Position numbers and translations under genes: made by a program
Notes under the pieces: generated by a model
What the model was told of the DNA's origin: nothing
The model's input: only the letters and a program-made list of their open reading frames with translations
Database searches by the model: none
DNA from: Guillardia theta CCMP2712
Lineage: Eukaryota; Protista; Cryptophyta
Direction of reading: 5' to 3'
Length of the DNA stretch: 64,000 nt
Assembly (NCBI RefSeq): GCF_000315625.1
Contig: NW_005434659.1
Location: 495,142 to 559,141, forward strand
Shown here: positions 1-12,779 of the stretch, in pieces
Numbering within the stretch: the first letter of the stretch is position 1
Layout: every line of letters begins with the position of its first letter

Positions 1-423
1 TATAGCTCCCCGATTCCCGGCCCAGCATATCCCTCCCTCTCTTTCACAGTCCGCCTCAGAAGACTTTGTTACAAGGTCCGCCTCGCAAGTGAGTTTCACT
101 CAGCCGCCGGCCTGAAGTTGCCCGGGCCGCCGCCGGGCCTGGCCTGTCCCCCGGGCACACTGCGTTCAGGGCCTTCCCTAATTCACCGTGTCCGTCTGGC
201 AACGCCAGCGAAATCACAACTGACTGGGCCCTCGGACTCTCAGGGCCTGGCAAGGCGGGCCTGCGGCAGTGCCATGATTGTTTCATGGGTATTCAATTAA
301 TCATGTTAGACACTTTCAAGTGACTGCAAACTTCAGTGAAAGGCGGTGGACACGGCGAAACCTGTACAGCCAGAAAGGCAACGAGTCGCCTGCGGATAAC
401 ACAAGGCAAATCATTCATATACA

Positions 424-1632
424 TCATTCAGTCTGCCCTTCACTCGTCGGGCTCGGAGACGTCTCCGCAGGTTTGTCGCTGGCCGGTGCATCAGGGTTTT
501 GTTGCTGTTTCATGGGGCAGTAAGGAGAAGACTGAGACAAGTGGACAAGCACTGACCTGGTACATGAGGGACAACCTCGCCACGACCTTCACTCCGTTCA
601 GCACCTTGCGAGCGCGTCTTGCCTTGATGTACTCCTTGAGAACCTTGCCCTGGCCCAGATCCTCGTTCGAGACGCTTTCAATGTTGTCCATCAGTGAATG
701 TTTCAGGCACTCCATGCTCGTCGGCCTCTTCTTCTGATCCACTGTGAGCAGGAGAGACACATACTGCCTCGTTTCCTTGGAAACATTCTTCCATGGATCT
801 TTAGGAAACTTGACCTCGCCTTTCTGAATCAGAGACAAGAGCTCAGCCAAATTCTCGCTGTAAAATGGCGGGTAGCCAGCAAGCATGGTATACAAGATCA
901 CACCAGTTGCCCACACGTCGACCTTGGCATCGTATTTGACTCTTGTGCCTCTCCCTTGCGAAGCAATCATGACAACTTCCGGAGCAAGATAGTCTGGGGT
1001 CCCACAGACTGTATTCATGCTCTGTTCACCCATTACAGGACGCAGACTCGACAGTCCAAAGTCAGCAATCTTCAGGTGCATGTACTCCGGCTTCGACGGG
1101 TTGTCAGACACCATCAGCAAGTTTTCTGGTTTGAGATCACGATGGCAAGCTCCAACCGAGTGCATGTGAGCAATGCCTTCGAGAATCTGCTTGCAAGCTT
1201 CAGTCCATCCTGCTCACTGAAATGGCCCATATCTACAATCCTGTCGAATAGCTCCCCTCCCACTGCAAGCTCTTCCACCAAGTGCACTGCCTTCTTGTCT
1301 TCGAACACTTCCACCAACTTGATGCATCTCGGATGCGCCACTGCGATCATGATCCGAACTTCATGATCCAGCAGCTCTCTATCATAGTTCTCGTGCGACT
1401 TGAGCAAAGTCTTGATAGCAAACTTCTCACCAGTTTCTTTGTTGGTGCCTACTGCACATGATGCAAAGCTACCCGATCCCAATTTCTTCCCGAAGGTGTA
1501 CTTCTCTGTGATGGCAAGTTGTTGATAATTTCCCTTAGACCAATCGGCATCCGCTATTCCACCTACACCGACCTTGCCATTCACTTGTGGGTCTGACTGA
1601 TTCACAGCTTGCGAAGAGCTTCCACAACCCAT
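424..1632 (-). CDS. CaMK1-like Ser/Thr protein kinase with N-terminal acylation motif; apparent 1-nt frameshift at ~1193
   Basis: MGCGSS start; [43 protein letters not shown] motifs. Intron 505-556 (GTCAGT...AAACAG) leads to a last exon ending SEGQTE*. The two ORFs join only through a frame change. Confidence 0.9.
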
Positions 1633-3372
1633 CTCTATCAGATGATTGTCTCTTGCAGCAACCAGTCTTCAATCTTGTTCAGGTGGGAAAGCAACGGATT
1701 GAGTGCCCTTCATTCGGTATAGCCTTTGCTTGACCTACGACGTCCCATCGAGAATTTCCTGGAACATTTACCTCAGAAACAAAGTCACGACTAAAATCTT
1801 TGCTTGAGAGAAAAAAAACCTATATCTCCTCATTCAGCAATACAATTCAAACAATACTGACAAAACTATTCTTCGTCTTGCAGGGAAATAACACCTATCT
1901 ACATCTATTTTCGTTTGTAGTTACAATCAATTGCAGTACAGCACCAGTAACAACCCAGGGATGCTCTCCTATTCTGAGTTGATTCTATCCTCCTAATACA
2001 TCCCCCCCTCATCCTCCCTCCTCCCTCTAGATCCCTCTTTCAACGTCTCCGCACAACCCGTTGCACCATTGAGGCATCATGCTGTGGTAGGAGGTGGTAG
2101 GAGGGCTAGCACAGGGTCCTAGAATCCTAAAATATTTCGTTATATCCTAAAATTATAGGTCTTATGCACCTCCTAGTCCCAGGTCCTAGGACCTACGGTT
2201 GGTGGTACCTAACGGCGGCTAAACACTTGAACTTTTAGCAGGATACTAAAACAACTTTACAAAACCTTTTTGGGCTGGTTTTTAAAGGAGATAGTTACTT
2301 AGCGGAGTGTACCAGAACCGGTACATATCAGGACCAAAACATTAAAATGGTAGTGACTTATCATCCCCTCCCTTCTAATCAAAATCATTTTATGTGGTAC
2401 AAATTTTATAGCCGTACAAAATGTTTTGTTAATTATAGAAATGGCTATACGAGGCTTGACGGTCATGATCGGTCGATCATGCCGGGCCGAGAGTCCCGGC
2501 CGGCCGGGCGATCATCCGGCCCGGGGCCCGGGGATCACCTGACTCCGAGGCCGAGTCAGTGACACAGTGATGGCATTGCGACCGTTGGCTGGGGGCCCCG
2601 GACCGTATGAGTCACCCCTGTGGACTCCTCAGTGACTGAGTCACTAATCACGTCACGGCGTGCCAGGCGGCCGGGCCGCAGTACAATAGGTGATCAGACT
2701 CTGTCTCCGATCAGATGATACTTGTGACCGTATCATAGTAGTATCGGACAGTGATCAACTTTCGTTGAAGTTATCACCGAAGTCGTGACACTCAGTGACT
2801 ATGACAGGCGTGAGGCCGCAAGATGCCAAAATTGAAAACTTGAAAACTTGGCAACTGAACCGTTCCGAAGGCCCGGAGGCCAGATGATCCACTGCCGTCG
2901 CTGAAAGGCTGGACGGCCGGCAGTCACGAGGTTCGCTGCCCGCCTTTCAACTAAGAAGCCTGTTTGGCAAGGTTTCCAGGCTATCGGTAGTATGTCTACT
3001 TTACCACCGGTAAGGTTCACCTGCACGCGCGAGCTGATCTGCGAATTCGGCACGCAGCCGCCCGCCGCCGCCGCGCGGGCGGGCTGAAATCACAGGCTTG
3101 GCGAGTGGGCCGATCGCCGGATGAGACGGTCACGAGTCACGGAGCTATTATCATCACAGCAACTCAGTCAGGCATTGAATACTTGAATATCATACTTCTT
3201 ATGCCACTGGACTGGAGGACACTATTGGCAAGTTGATGCGTCAAAAGCTACACTGCTCGCCGGACTCAAGCCGAAGAACGTAGTGTGACGCAATTCAATC
3301 ATTCATTCATTCATTGAAGGTAAGAAAATTTACAGCAAGACAAGCACTTATGAGGGATAAAATGACAGGGAA

Positions 3373-3874
3373 TCAATATGACTCAACATGTTTCAAAGCC
3401 TCCTCAAGAAGCAGAGTCGTATCGAAGCAAGCCACCAGGTAACGAGGCCAATGGCCTTCCTCTTCCTCGGCATGCACGCTTTGTTGAGCTGGCATCTCTG
3501 GCCTTTCGGCTTGGATGCCGTTCTTTGTGGAATCCTGGAAGAAGGCAAGGATTGAATCGACGTCCGATTTGCATGGAGCAACAAGCTGCAGCGTCGGGGT
3601 AGCTCTCACGTAAGGCCACTTGTCGATGCCAACTCTTCGGCAAGCTTTCTTCAAGGCAGTCAATGAAATACCCTGAGAAGGAGAGGGAGGGCTGTCAGGT
3701 TCGGATACAGGATAACAGGGAAGTGCTCACCAGCATATTAGCTGCGTCTCCTTGCTTCATATGAAACATCATCGAGATGTCCTTCTTTGACAGTGTAACA
3801 ACTGATTTGCTAGCAGAAATGGATGTTTCACCAGCCTTTCTCCGTGGGAAAATCCTTGCGACGTCGGTAGTCAT
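3373..3874 (-). CDS. RWP-RK domain transcription factor
   Basis: Splicing intron 3673-3730 gives LSKKDISMMFHMKQGDAANML-GISLTALKKACRRVGIDKWPY, which matches the RWP-RK helix pattern. Confidence 0.85.
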
Positions 3875-5619
3875 GGCTGAAGATAAGAGATCTGGGATTG
3901 ACCAGGGTTGAAACAAAGTGCTGAGTCGGGATATGGATAGGTCGTAGGAGCCTGATGCTAGGTGCAGAGGGATCAAGTAGGATGAAGTGCAAGGAAGCGG
4001 AGACACAAGGTGAGGATTGAAGTTTGCTGGAAACAAAATGAGAGGAGGGGAAGTTTAAATACAGGTGATATGGAGCAACAGGCTGGTGTAATAGGAGGAA
4101 CACGTGGGCGAGGAGGAGCAAGCGCAGTTCAAGAGCCTGAGGTGCAAGGGGCCACTGGACAGGAGTTCTCCTTGCGGTGCTCCGAACCGTTGTGCTTGAG
4201 CTCGGGTGGAACTATGCTGACAGTTGCCCGCTCGAGATATGTCCCTTGATCAACCGACCGGAGGTCCGGATGTACTGTACCCCCATCGTCATAAGGGTTA
4301 TAACCTATCAAAAGGGGGGTGGGGTGTTGAGTGATACATTGGGGGAAGGGGAGCTGTCTATTGAGTTGAGGTGAGAGAGGAGAGAAATGATAATTGAGGT
4401 ACTAATGGATTGATACTAACAAGGAAATACTGCAAAGGAGCTTGTCGGGGGGTGCAGCTACGTATCCCTGCTTCTATCCTATTTGAAATGTATCGTTTTT
4501 GAATTCATACAGATTGAGTCGATGACTTTACTACGAAGCAGTCATGACCTGTAAGCTCGAAACGACTGCGTTTCCAGGCTCAAGTTAAATCCCAAAAAAC
4601 TAATTTTGGAGGGCATCGTCGGAGTCTCGGAATTTCTCTTGTTTACTGTCCTTTTGCTAGACTATTTCTTTGTTCCGAGGCGGCTCACATGGACTAGTCA
4701 AATCAAGCCAAATAACCGGACACAGCCTTTTATATTATAAAACATGTATCAGAGTTTTAGAGTTTTAAAATTTCCGCTCAGCCGCGACCAGCTGCCGTGA
4801 CTGCCACCTTGGCCGGACAACCAGTAAAGTAAAAAAACAACGGGGCCACCACCCTAACCCCCACGTTGATGGACCCCCTAATGTCCATTTACCCCTACCC
4901 CCACCCTACCCCCACAGCTGACTCTTTGGCCGGCCTAGCAGGCCGAGGGAACAGTAAAACCTAGTTAGCAGTACCCCAATACTACCCCACCCCCTAGTGT
5001 TAGTCACCGGACCTCCTTTTAACACTTGCCGTGACAGCCTGAATGCTTCATCGCCCTCATGTACACTGCACAGCCTGGATTGTCCTCGTACTGATTTTTA
5101 ACTTAACTTTGAGTAACCCTGGAAATGACACCGTGCCACGGTGCCAGGCACTCACCGTCTTCTCTTCTCGCCGCACGGTATGACCGTAACGGTGAGTGTC
5201 ACTGAGGCCCCCGGTGAGCCGGGCCGCTCAGCGGCCTTCAAGGCTCCGAGTGACTTTCAACCGGGTCACCGGGGCCCGGGTTGCGGCCGCCGCGCCGGGC
5301 CGCGGCTGCGCCGGGCCCATGATGGCATGATGATGCACTCAGCCTGCCGCTGACACTTTACTAGTACATGAATATCTGAGTCAGTGGCCGCGCCCCAAAT
5401 TCGCCGAGCGGGGCCTCTCCCCCGGCCCCACTTCGACTGCCAGGCTCAGTGATCCGACATGATCGGAACCACTGGGCCTCTTGATCATGACGGCGGCGAG
5501 GATTCACTCTCCTGATCATTCCGAACATCTCGACGCTCTGCCAGGCAAGCAGTCAGTCAGACCTGAAGCTTGTCCGCGGCCACGTCCATGTAGCCTGTCA
5601 AGTTCGAAGTCGATCAATC

Positions 5620-8220
5620 ATCATTACCTTCCGACTCGCCGCTGCCACTTGCCGCCTGTCTGTCCAGACATCAAGTCAACTGAACCATGTAAGGAGATCC
5701 GGCTGAGCTCAGGTACCTCGAAGAGCACGAGTTTGAAGACCCGTGGGCTGCTGCAAAGGAACTCGGGTGTGCTCCTGGCGCTGAAGTTGGGGCTGACGTG
5801 GTTGGAACAGCAGGGAGCGTCGGGAGCAGGCCGCGCTGAAAGAAGGTGAGCGGCACGGCAACTAAGAGCCCACGGACCTGCTGGTAGAGCCGCAAGAGTT
5901 CTTTCTTGCTTAGCCATGGTTGACCCCCCTGGGCAAGATTGAGGGAGTCAGGCAGGAGCAGGGGCAGGTCAGTGCTGGGGAGGAGCAGAGGTTGGAAGAG
6001 GGGCAGGAGCAGGAGACAACAAGACCTGTGAAGGATTCCTTTGCGTTCCGGCGGCTGCAGGTGATGTGGAGTCTGGCAGCCTGAAGGAAAAGATCATCTC
6101 CTCCTCGTCAGCAGCGCTCGGATGGACCTTGTCGTGGCTCCGCTCCGACTAAGCAATGCTTGTCCGGGGACCTGAAGAAAATTTTGAGCCTAGACAGACG
6201 AGCCGAGGAGGAGAGAAGGCCGTTGACGAGAGAGGAAGCATTTGTCTTTACCTGCGCCTCTGAACGGATCATCTGCAAGGTCGCCATTAGTACACATGCA
6301 ATCAACCTTGGTGACATCAATCCGCGTATCCAAAGACCTAGTCTCCATCTCCATCTCGATTCCCATCCCCATCATTGTGATCATCTTCACGATCTCCTTC
6401 TCCCTCTCCTCACCTTTCTCGCCCTGTACTGCTTCCTGTATTCCGCATGTGCCTGCGTTTTTTACATGCTCAGCATCCATCAAAGATTTCCCACATTGAC
6501 TCACCAAATAAACCTCAGCAATCGATCCAACGAATGTAGAGATCAGGAGCTGGCAAGTGCTTCTCAGTTCCGTAGAGGAGAGAGTGACAAGGAAAAGGGA
6601 AGTGGGATGAGCAAAGGAGCAGAGATGCAAAGTTACCGGAAGCAGGCTGAGCATGTACACCGAGACTACCCAAACCGGCACGAGCATGGCGTAGCCGAGA
6701 AGCAGTCCCAGGATGGGCGCGATCCAGGGGATCATGAGCCCGAAGCTGATGACTGGAGCAGAAGCAGGGACGAGTCAACCTCAGCAGAGGGTGAGCTAGC
6801 AAACCTGAGATGACGAGCAGGAAGAAGACCATGGCCATGATGAGCAAGGCGAACCACAGGGGGCCCGTGATGTAAGCGACTGCAAGCAAGGAAGAGCCAG
6901 GGCTATGAGCAAGAATCTACTGCTCGAGATGGAGTGGTACCCAAGTTCAGCACTGGGTATCGCAGGTACGTGGGAAGCTTTCTGCCCCTGGCGACGGGAA
7001 TCAATCATTCAACAGTCAAGAGGCCCTGCCGACCCTCCTGGTACCTCATGGCAAGATCCAACCATAGCAGCAGCTTCTCGAGATTCACTGTACAGCGCCG
7101 TCAGCGCCGCCCCCAGCTCCTTGTGTCGAAGACCTGCAAGCTCCGGGAGCAGCGTGCCGAGGACCTAAGGTTCAGAGGGTCAGGACAGTGCAGAGAAGTC
7201 ATCAGATCGCACCAGATGCATCTCAGGCTGCACCCTATCACTCGCCATCCTCTCCTGCGCCTTGTCCGTAGGATACTGCACAAGGAGGGAATGAAAAGCC
7301 TCCCAGTGCCGAGGGGTCGAGCTACCTTGACGATGACCCACGTGGCGGCCGCCAGGCCCCAGCCGAGCAGGAACTGATACGAGCATGTCACAGAAGACGA
7401 GAGCAGGTGGAGGCTGCGTGCCTGCGTGAAGCTGATGGTGAATGGGGACGTGAAGAGCATGACGGGGGTCAGCACGGAGAGGACCGTCAGAATCAGGAGG
7501 AACCTGCTGGGCGGTCAGATGAACCAGTTGCATCCTCCCAGCCACTCATCACCTCCATGATGCTCTCAGCAGCTTCCACAACGAGGAGATGGAGGACGCG
7601 ATGTGACTCACGTCTCGCCCCGACACAGAACGTCGCACCGCCCCAGCCCCCACGTTGAAGTCCTCGTCGTCGCCAATGGCTCCTCTACTTCGCCGCATCG
7701 ATGAATCGCCTATCCATCCTCCTCCTGTTCCTCCTGTTCCTCCTGCTCCTGCCCCTACAGCTGATCTTCCTGACGGGGATTGGAGAGGAATGCTGCTCAG
7801 AGCACTGGGTATCGCTTGCTTCGTCCCATGCTCGTATAAAGATTGGAATCCCCTTGGCTCATCCATGTGCACGAGACCCTCAACCGCATGTCGACGTCAA
7901 CTGAACCAGCAGCTCATGGTCAGACATGCCATGTTCTGGGATCTCTGGCGGGGCCAGCATGCTCCCGATATGCTGAGGGCAAACGTACAAAACAAGAACT
8001 CGCTTCGATGAGATGCAGCGTCTCAAAGTGATGAGAGCAACACGCGCAGTGGGAAGTTTGACGTGAGAACAACTTGCAACTCAAGTGCGAGACTGACAGG
8101 CCAGCCGGGATGAGCATCACGTGCCGCTAGGCTGGAAGCACGTTTCGTTCCCTGTCTCCTCCTCCTTCTCCTCCCTCCTCCCTCTCCTCCCTCCAGACAA
8201 CGAGACTTCATCATGCATGC
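5620..8220 (-). CDS. Multi-exon hypothetical multi-pass membrane protein (ends approximate)
   Basis: Hydrophobic exons (FLLILTVLSVLTPVMLF, FLLGWGLAAATWVIVK, LWFALLIMAMVFFLLVIS, WIAPILGLLLGYAMLVPVWVVSV) linked by ~50-nt introns. No family recognised. Confidence 0.5.
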
Positions 8221-8630
8221 ACATGCTCTTCGACATCTCTTTCAGCCTCATCCTTCTCCTCCCTCCCTCCTCCCTCGTCGCCGCTGTCTCCTCCCCTACT
8301 CTGTTGCTGCTGCGCCCTTACCTGCCCAGCCATGGTCGCCTTCCGTGTGGGTGGGAGGGTTATCCTGTATAAATTTGAGGGGTACAATTGAGGGAAAATC
8401 AGGGGGTACCTAATGCAATGTAGGGGTGGTGGATGTTCACAACAAACTGGGGGTCCAGTTTCGAGTCGATCCTGAAAAATGCCTGGGAGGTGCAGGTGCG
8501 ATCAGAAGAGCGGGAAGGGAGAGGAGGGGAGAGGAGATGTACATGGGATGTAGAGGAGATGAAGACATGAGGATGAAGAGGGCTCGAGTCGCTCTATGAA
8601 GCAGCTCATGCGCGATCCCGCAACCCCAGC

Positions 8631-10009
8631 ATGGCTTTCAGCGCAAGACTGATCTCCATCCTAGTCCTCCTCCCAGCCATCGTGCCTTCTCAACAGCAGA
8701 CGCCCCATCCCTCTGAGCGCCTCAGACCTCCCGACGTGGATGTGTCGTGGGACGATCACTACCATAGCTTGCAGGAGCATGTCGACACCCACGGTCGTCT
8801 TAGGCTGGCATCGCTCAAGTACAAGGACAGCTCTCTGTACGTCTGGCTGATGGAGCAGCGGAAGAGGTGGAGGACAGGAGATCTGCAGCACGGACAATCG
8901 ATGAGGCTGTGGAGGTTGGGGGCACTGGAGCCGATGAGGGCGGTGTGGGAGACGAACTTCTCGCTTGTCATGCTCTGCAAACAGCACATGGGGTGTGTGT
9001 CGTCGGGAAGCAAGAGAGGAGAGAGTCTCGCTGTCAGCAATGAGCTGAGGAAGAACAATGTGCACCGATGGGTCGAGAAGCAGCAGGCGTACGCTGCGAA
9101 GGGCAGCCTCACTCCCAAGAGGAAGGAGATGCTGGAAAGCCTCGGCATTGTCTTCGAGAGGTCCGAGCATGATCGTGTCCTTGCCTTGTGTGAGCAGGTG
9201 TGCAGGTTCAAGTCTGAGTGGGAGCAGAAGTACAACTCCCTCTGCTTGTTCAAACAGACCTTTGGGCACCTAGACTTGCTGAGGAGGGAGGAGAGCACTA
9301 CTTGGAAGAAGCAGGAGAGGTGGGGGAGCGGGTAAGGGCAAGACTGCCATGTGCTGCTGACGCGCCGGCCACAGGCAGTCGCTCTGCCGTTGGTTATACA
9401 ATCAGAAGTTTCAGCTGAAGAGAGACACCAGCAAGGCGCATGCTGAGAGGTGACTGAGGGCCCGGCCCCCGGGGAGGTTGACCCTTCAACTAGGTTGCTT
9501 GCCATGGGCGTGGTGCTGAGAAATCGCGGCCGGTGCGTGAGGATGAGGGCGAGGGTTTGAGAGGTGACGTGATGCGGTAGAGTCTGGAACAAGCGCTTCA
9601 ACCATCTTGCGTCCTTCAAGAAAGCGAATGGTGAAGGAGGATGATGGTTGGATGATTCGACCTGACCTGACCCCCCTTCTCCCCTCCTCTCCCCTCATCT
9701 CATCTCTGCTCCTCATATTCCTTTCCTCCTCCTCCCCTCCTTCAGGTCACGTAAAGGTCCCCGTCATCTGCAAGGAGAACCCAACGCTGGGCCAGTGGGT
9801 CATCAACCAGAAGCAGCGAATTCGACAGGGCCGAATGCCAGAGGTCAGACCTCTCCTCTCATCGCTCGTTGTCATCCTGAACTCCTCGCCCTCCTCCTTG
9901 TCCTCTGCTGCAGGAGAGGATGAAGCAGTTAGAGACCCTGGGATTCGCCCGCAAGGCGTCAACCGCAGGGGGCAGAAGCAAGAAGGAAGCAGCATCGGTT
10001 CAGTGTTGA
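8631..10009 (+). CDS. Helicase-associated (HA, PF03457-like) repeat protein with N-terminal signal peptide
   Basis: Four W...L..(F/H)...(H/N)G...L..W...Q.......L..LG repeats after splicing, e.g. WNKRFNHLASFKKANGHVKVPVICKENPTLGQWVINQKQRIRQGRMPEERMKQLETLGF. Hydrophobic leader MAFSARLISILVLLPAIVPS. Confidence 0.85.
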
Positions 10010-10315
10010 ACCTTCACTGCCTCTCCTTCCCCCTCCCTTGCTCTTGAGGAGCGGTTCGAATTTCTGTCAAGATTTTTTGATGCAGTAGAGATATCGATAA
10101 GACAGGAGTTGAGGTAAGCAAAACAATCTACAAGCAGCAGTATCGAGAGAACAGACGAAATGGTGGAGGCTTTGGATTGCGAGGAAATAAGCAATGAAGA
10201 TGACAGCCAAATTTTCAGGTTAAACAGGAGGATGGTAAATAGTTTGCACACACGTATCTCAAACCTCAACCGACAAACTTCATGTGAATCTAAGATGACC
10301 GAGCATCTCTCAGCA

Positions 10316-12779
10316 TCAAGCGTTAGACTTCTCTTCACTTCGTGTGACCGACTCGATTGCTTTGAGTTCCTTGCTCATGTCTGACAGGCACGAGTATCGC
10401 TCCTTCGGGTCATGTTGGAGACAGCGGCAGATTACCTGCGTACAAACATCGAAACTATAATCAGCAGGAGCAGGAGCAGGAGCAGGCGCAAGATGAGCAG
10501 AAAGCACTGTTGCAAGTTCCATGAGGAGGAGCGCATGTACCTGGCATAGGCGAGCTGGAACATTTGGGTTCTCCTTGCTAGGAGTTGGGGGCTCTGCCCC
10601 GGCCGCCCCCCTCATCAGCTTCTCCCACATCCCTCGCTCATTGTTGAAGTCTCCCGCAGCCCCAGGTTTCCATGTCAGGTCCTTGTCGACGCTATAGGGA
10701 AGCTTCCCTTGTTGGAGCGTCAGAGTCAAACTCAGAGCCCCGCACTGTCAGCTCTTACCCGTGAGCACCTTGTACATGAGAACGCCTGGACGTGCCGTCA
10801 GCGACAGTCGATGGAGAAGCTGACGTCATCACCGAGGGAGTAGAAGTCCGTAGAGACAGACCGAGAGCTTGAATCGCACAGAAGCTGCTCGGGCGACATG
10901 TAAGCGTACGTGCCGGCCGGAAACGCTGAGTCTGCACTAGAGCGTGAGAATCACTGGATGGCTCTTCCTCCCTCCTCCACCTCATTTCCGTCACCCTCCT
11001 CCCCTACAGATCTCCTCTGCACTTGTCTTCTCCCCCCATCCCTCCCGCCCTCCCTCCCTCCCTCCCTCCCTCCCTCTGACGCCTCCGGCGATGGATTTAC
11101 AATCACCTTGCTCTGCGACAAGCTCGCCAAACATGTCATAAAACTCTTCCTGCAGCGACCATGAGCCACCACAGCACACATCGCCGAACACGTTCACCAG
11201 CGAGATCAGACGATCCCCGTTCACGTCATATTTCGCAATCATCCGAAGAATCTGTTCCTCCGACGGGCGCACGCCGACAGCCCGGAAGCACTGACCTCCT
11301 ACCTCACAAGACTCTCCAACAAGCGATGCAGCCTACCTGGGCCACGTCACCGCTGGAGATGACTCCGACCTTCCTACGATCCTGCAGCTTCAACGTCACC
11401 ATGGAAGCACGTTAAGATGAGCACGACCATGGATTCGAAGACACTCTTGATCTTTCTCATTGTGTCCTCTCCGTACGTCTCAAGGGTGCAAACCCCCTAC
11501 ACGATCAGTGGTCTGCCTCAACTGCTCCATCCACTCACCGACTCATCGTTGGTGTTGGTCCATTTACCAAAGAGACAGCCTGAGAAAATTTCAGTCTCAG
11601 CCGGCGGCAAGCATCACACTCCCACCCACCTTGTGCTCCTGTCGCGGACCCAAAGTCGATGAGGCGATAGACTGTCTTCCCGCCCTGTGCGCTCCGAATG
11701 ACATTCTGCATGACAACGCAAGTCATGACATGACGGGCAAGGGACAGCATGCGAGGAAACCTGAGGCTTCAAGTCACGGTAGATGAAACCTGCCGAGTGA
11801 ATCGAGTTCAAGGCCCGTATGAGGTCCTGGGCTACCTGAACTCGGGGTGTCAGAGCTGGTGCTGCTGGTCACCCACATACGCGAATGGCCTCGGTGCTCT
11901 CAAGAGCTCCTTCCTGCTCGATCAGCTCGTCCAGGCTGACGCCATCGACATACTGCATGACTACATAGCAGACTCCATTGCTCAGCCCATGATCGAAACA
12001 CTGAGGAAGCAAGAGTCACGATGACCAACGAAGCCAAGAGGGATACTCGCCCGAGGAACGTGCGGGCTGTCGATCAGGGACAAGATAAGACCTTCTCGCA
12101 TGAGAATCGGCTCCTCGCCCTTCCTCGACTTCATCAGCTTGACTGCCACAAATTCGTCTTCGTCTGAAATCCCAGGGAGTGCATTGACACGTCCATCAGC
12201 TTCCCGTAACACCCTCGCCTTGAGCACCATTCCAAACGATCCTTGTCCCAGCAAAGTTTGCATCTCCAGGGAAGAACGCAGTGCAAATGGCAGTGAACTC
12301 CAGAGCTCCCTCGATCGATCTAGAATTTCAAGTTCCTTCGGGGCAATAATCCTTTTCCCTCCCGTCGGCACATCCGAGTTCGGCTTGCCGAGATAGTTCT
12401 GAAGCTGCGCCATTCTCCTCTCCTCCTTCCGCTTCCTCGCCTCCTCCCTTTCTCGTCTGAGCTGGTTCTGCTTTTCTTCGATGCGGCGATTCAACTCATC
12501 GATCTCGTTGCTCACAGGCTCGCTCTTTGCCTTGAGGCGGAGGCTCCCGAAAGATACACTTCGACACTTGACCTTGCCATCAGCAAGCGGCTTTCTGCAA
12601 ACCCTGATCGAGTGATCTACAACGTTAAGTGGTGCGGTAAAAGCTGATTGTACGTGAGTTGATCTGGTGTTACCCAAAGTCACTGTCTCGCCCAGCCCGT
12701 CAGCACGATTGACAATCTGAAGAAACACAAACAGCACAGTGAAGACATAGCGTGAAGGCTCTTGTCGTAGAGCTTGCAT
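10316..12779 (-). CDS. PknB-like Ser/Thr protein kinase with an EF-hand pair inserted in the activation segment; possible bipartite plastid leader
   Basis: Spliced over 11 introns: LGQGSFG, VAVK, YRDLKPQN, IDFG, [EF-hand lobe], GTYAYMSPE, DFYSLG, LTGKLPY, PTPSKENPNVPARLCQVICRCLQHDPKERY. Confidence 0.9.

Noticed and set aside
2040-2085. tRNA A-box/D-arm-like sequence on the minus strand (GCCTCAATGGTGCAACGGG)
   Set aside because: No anticodon arm, T-loop/B-box or acceptor-stem partner follows.
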